Assembly: GCA_964426185.1 (NCBI GenBank)
Contig: CAYRPF010000109.1
Location: forward strand, 1 to 7,573
Length of the DNA: 7,573 nt
Source of the DNA: an uncultured archaeon
GTDB taxonomy: Archaea > Asgardarchaeota > Lokiarchaeia > Sigyniarchaeales > Promethearchaeaceae
Direction of reading: 5' to 3'
Positions 5,815-7,573 of this stretch are shown piece after piece (positions within the stretch are counted from its first letter, which is position 1; every line of letters starts with the position of its first letter). The notes beneath the pieces were generated by a model. It saw only the letters and a list, made by a program, of their open reading frames with translations. It made no database searches and was not told where the DNA came from. The position numbers and the translations under genes were made by a program.

Positions 5815-6212
5815 TTATACTGATGGGATCATACCAAGTAGGTCTGTTGGAACTAATCCAGCAAAGTAGATGATCACAATTAATATGAGTTCCACCAAAA
5901 CTGAAAGAAGCGCAGCAATTAACCATGCAAGAATTGCTTTTCCATAACTGGTTTCATGTCTAGCAGAAATAACCCACCATGCCAGAAAAATCCCAGCACA
6001 CGGAACCATACTCACTAATCCCATCAAAATCATGGTTAAAAATACGGGGCCAAATTCCGTTTTGTTTCCATCTACTTTTGTTATTCCGACTTTCAAGAAT
6101 AAGGTTCCAATTAGAAGCATTACAACGACAAATACAATTGTAACAATTAAGAAAATGCCAGTAAGGCAGCTAAAATTGTATCTGGATCAATATCTGTAAA
6201 AAGGTCCGTCAT
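5815..6212 (-). pseudogene. Small membrane protein (weakly Yip1-like C-terminus) split by a 1-nt frameshift; a true pseudogene or a sequencing error
   Basis: ATG 6212 gives MTDLFTDIDPDTILAALLAFS* (stop 6149-6147). The frame of ORF 5815-6120 is open upstream of its ATG as LTGIFLIVTIVFVVV-MLLIG, so that ATG falls mid-helix. Adding one base near 6165 fuses them into 132 aa. C-terminus is VPCAGIFLAWWVISARHETSYGKAILAWL. Confidence 0.7.
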
Positions 6213-6391
6213 AACAATCACAACTTCTCTTCATATCAAAAAATATGAAGAATGTAATAACATTTGTTTGGATCAAATATAAAATTATCAGCTACGATTG
6301 TATTTGTGGATCGAAAGTTATTTATGCTTTTCCACCCAAAATATTTTTAGCATCCCGCTGATATAGATCATACTAATAGGGAAATTTCAAT

Positions 6392-6481
6392 TTACGATTA
6401 GGAAAATGGATTAACCAATTAGGTTTAAAAATTGAATCTAAAATTGGGACACAGATTGTTTTTCCATTTTTAGAATCGTAA
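6392..6481 (+). repeat. Nested imperfect inverted repeat, a potential ~90-nt RNA hairpin
   Basis: TTACGATT-AGG-AAAATGGA (6392-6410) is complementary to 6463-6481 at 16/19 positions. Inner stems are CCAAT/ATTGG (6415-6419/6443-6447) and TAGGTTTA/TGAATCTA (6420-6427/6433-6440, two G-U pairs). Confidence 0.6.
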
Positions 6482-6499
6482 CATGGAGTTTTGAATATT

Positions 6500-6766
6500 A
6501 TGGCAAAAAAAGAATTATTTATCAAACGAGTATATGAAATCGTGCAGGAATTAAAGATTCCACTGGTAGACGAACGAGTTTATAGTAAAAGCAACATTGC
6601 TGAAGCTCGATATGGAACAATCGTGCAGTTTACTTTTGAAGATGATGAATCTGTAATACGAGGCTTTTTGGGGTTGGCAGAATACTATCATACTATCGTT
6701 TTGAAGATAAAAAACACATTCTACATATCTTCAAACACAATTTTGTTCAAATTGGATTCTAAATAG
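6500..6766 (+). CDS. Small soluble hypothetical protein (88 aa)
   Basis: Protein-like alpha/beta pattern (FIKRVYEIVQELKIPLVDERVY...DESVIRGFLGLAEYYHT). GGAG at 6485-6488 fits ATG 6500 better than TTG 6491. T-tracts follow the stop. Confidence 0.8.
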   Translation: MAKKELFIKRVYEIVQELKIPLVDERVYSKSNIAEARYGTIVQFTFEDDESVIRGFLGLAEYYHTIVLKIKNTFYISSNTILFKLDSK

Positions 6767-6770
6767 AAAT

Positions 6771-6800
6771 ATTTTTTTCTAAACAGAATAATTTTTTTCT
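6771..6800 (+). terminator. Duplicated oligo-T terminator
   Basis: ATTTTTTTCT at 6771-6780 and 6791-6800, directly after the 6766 stop. Confidence 0.6.
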
Positions 6801-6814
6801 TTATTTAGCAGTGG

Positions 6815-6822
6815 TTTTAAAA
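6815..6822 (+). promoter_or_regulatory. TATA-like box, implying a leaderless transcript for the HXXEE gene
   Basis: TTTTAAAA ends about 22 nt before ATG 6845, and there is no SD-like purine run in between. Confidence 0.4.
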
Positions 6823-6844
6823 ATCTCTTTTCATTTACCTATTT

Positions 6845-7450
6845 ATGGAATTAAAAAGAATAAATGAAATCTGGCCTAAAATCGGTGGTTTTCTTGCTGT
6901 GCTTATCACTATCATCGTGATAATTTTATGGATTGGTGATAATGCAATCCCTGTACTGGCATTCATGTACTGGCTCAATTTGGCAATTCTTATGTTTCAT
7001 GAATTTGAAGAATATGTATTTCCGGGGGGATTTAAGACATTTATTAATACTAAAACTGTACTTTCACTACCGGAACCTAATAAATCAAGTCCTATTTCAG
7101 ATGGTGTTATTATAGTTATCAATTTAGGTATATGGATCGTTTTCATTATTGCAGCATTATTAGTAAATATTGCCCCATGGTTAGGATTGAGCATGGTTAT
7201 TTTTAATATAGTAAATATTGTCGGACATCTCCTTATCTTTCAAAAAAAGGTAAGAGGATACAATCCAGGCATGATCACTGCTATTCTTATGATTCCCTTT
7301 TTGGTAATTGTATTTGTAATTGTGATTAACCAAGATTTATTAACGCCTCTTGAATATGGCGTTGCAGGAATAATTGGATTTCTTTCAGGTATTTCACTTC
7401 CGATTTATGGTTCAATAATTCGGAAAACAGAAATGCTTAAGTCTCAATAA
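6845..7450 (+). CDS. HXXEE domain-containing membrane protein
   Basis: MFHEFEEYVFPGGF (HxxEE), NIVGH and YNPGMITA motifs characteristic of the HXXEE family; about 6 TM segments. Confidence 0.92.
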   Translation: MELKRINEIWPKIGGFLAVLITIIVIILWIGDNAIPVLAFMYWLNLAILMFHEFEEYVFPGGFKTFINTKTVLSLPEPNKSSPISDGVIIVINLGIWIVFIIAALLVNIAPWLGLSMVIFNIVNIVGHLLIFQKKVRGYNPGMITAILMIPFLVIVFVIVINQDLLTPLEYGVAGIIGFLSGISLPIYGSIIRKTEMLKSQ

Positions 7451-7454
7451 TCTC

Positions 7455-7573
7455 CTATTTTAGAAGCTTTTTTTTCTGTTTAAGAAATTCCTCTTGAATT
7501 TTGATGAAGCTTATCGGTATATTTTTAGGAAAAATTTCCGATTTAAGTAAATTCCAAGTTACTTCTAGTTGAT
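7455..7573 (-). CDS. 3' end of a gene entering from the right edge (...QLEVTWNLLKSEIFPKNIPISFIKIQEEFLKQKKKLLK*)
   Basis: 38 stop-free codons from 7571 to TAG 7457-7455 in AT-rich DNA; the other two minus frames close within 10 codons. It converges on the HXXEE gene with a 4-nt gap. Confidence 0.6.
   Translation of the reverse strand, partial: QLEVTWNLLKSEIFPKNIPISFIKIQEEFLKQKKKLLK

Noticed and set aside
6392-6481. SECIS element, tRNA or CRISPR repeat interpretation of the hairpin
   Set aside because: No AUGA/GA quartet in the right geometry (the tandem mismatch is 5'-AG/AG), it lies 5' of both flanking genes, no in-frame TGA selenoprotein is evident, and there is no cloverleaf or repeat-spacer periodicity.
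6933-7194. ORFs 6933-7115 (+) and 6997-7194 (-)
   Set aside because: Nested within the HXXEE gene in other frames.

Overview
AT-rich window (roughly 30% GC by eye), probably archaeal and most likely Asgard/Lokiarchaeia. This is inferred from TATA-type promoters, oligo-T terminators, an IPGY-TM-basic 'Loki-CTERM'-like sorting tail and a COG3398-type double winged-helix regulator. It holds mainly envelope and membrane genes: an acyltransferase-3 family protein, several small membrane proteins (one frameshifted), an HXXEE protein, a small soluble hypothetical, a probable decayed gene, and partial genes at both edges. I found no RNA genes, CRISPR array or transposase. The main finding is a tandem minus-strand pair. 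One gene (4402-5097) encodes a glycosylated surface protein with a GAIN/ZU5/Nup98-like H-F-S autoproteolysis motif just outside its membrane anchor. The other (2871-4283) encodes a single-pass transcription factor whose extracellular domain is visibly a paralogue of that surface protein but lacks HFS. Together they are a candidate surface-to-DNA signalling module. There is also a ~90-nt nested hairpin directly upstream of the gene at 6500. All family calls come from reading motifs by eye; no searches were run.
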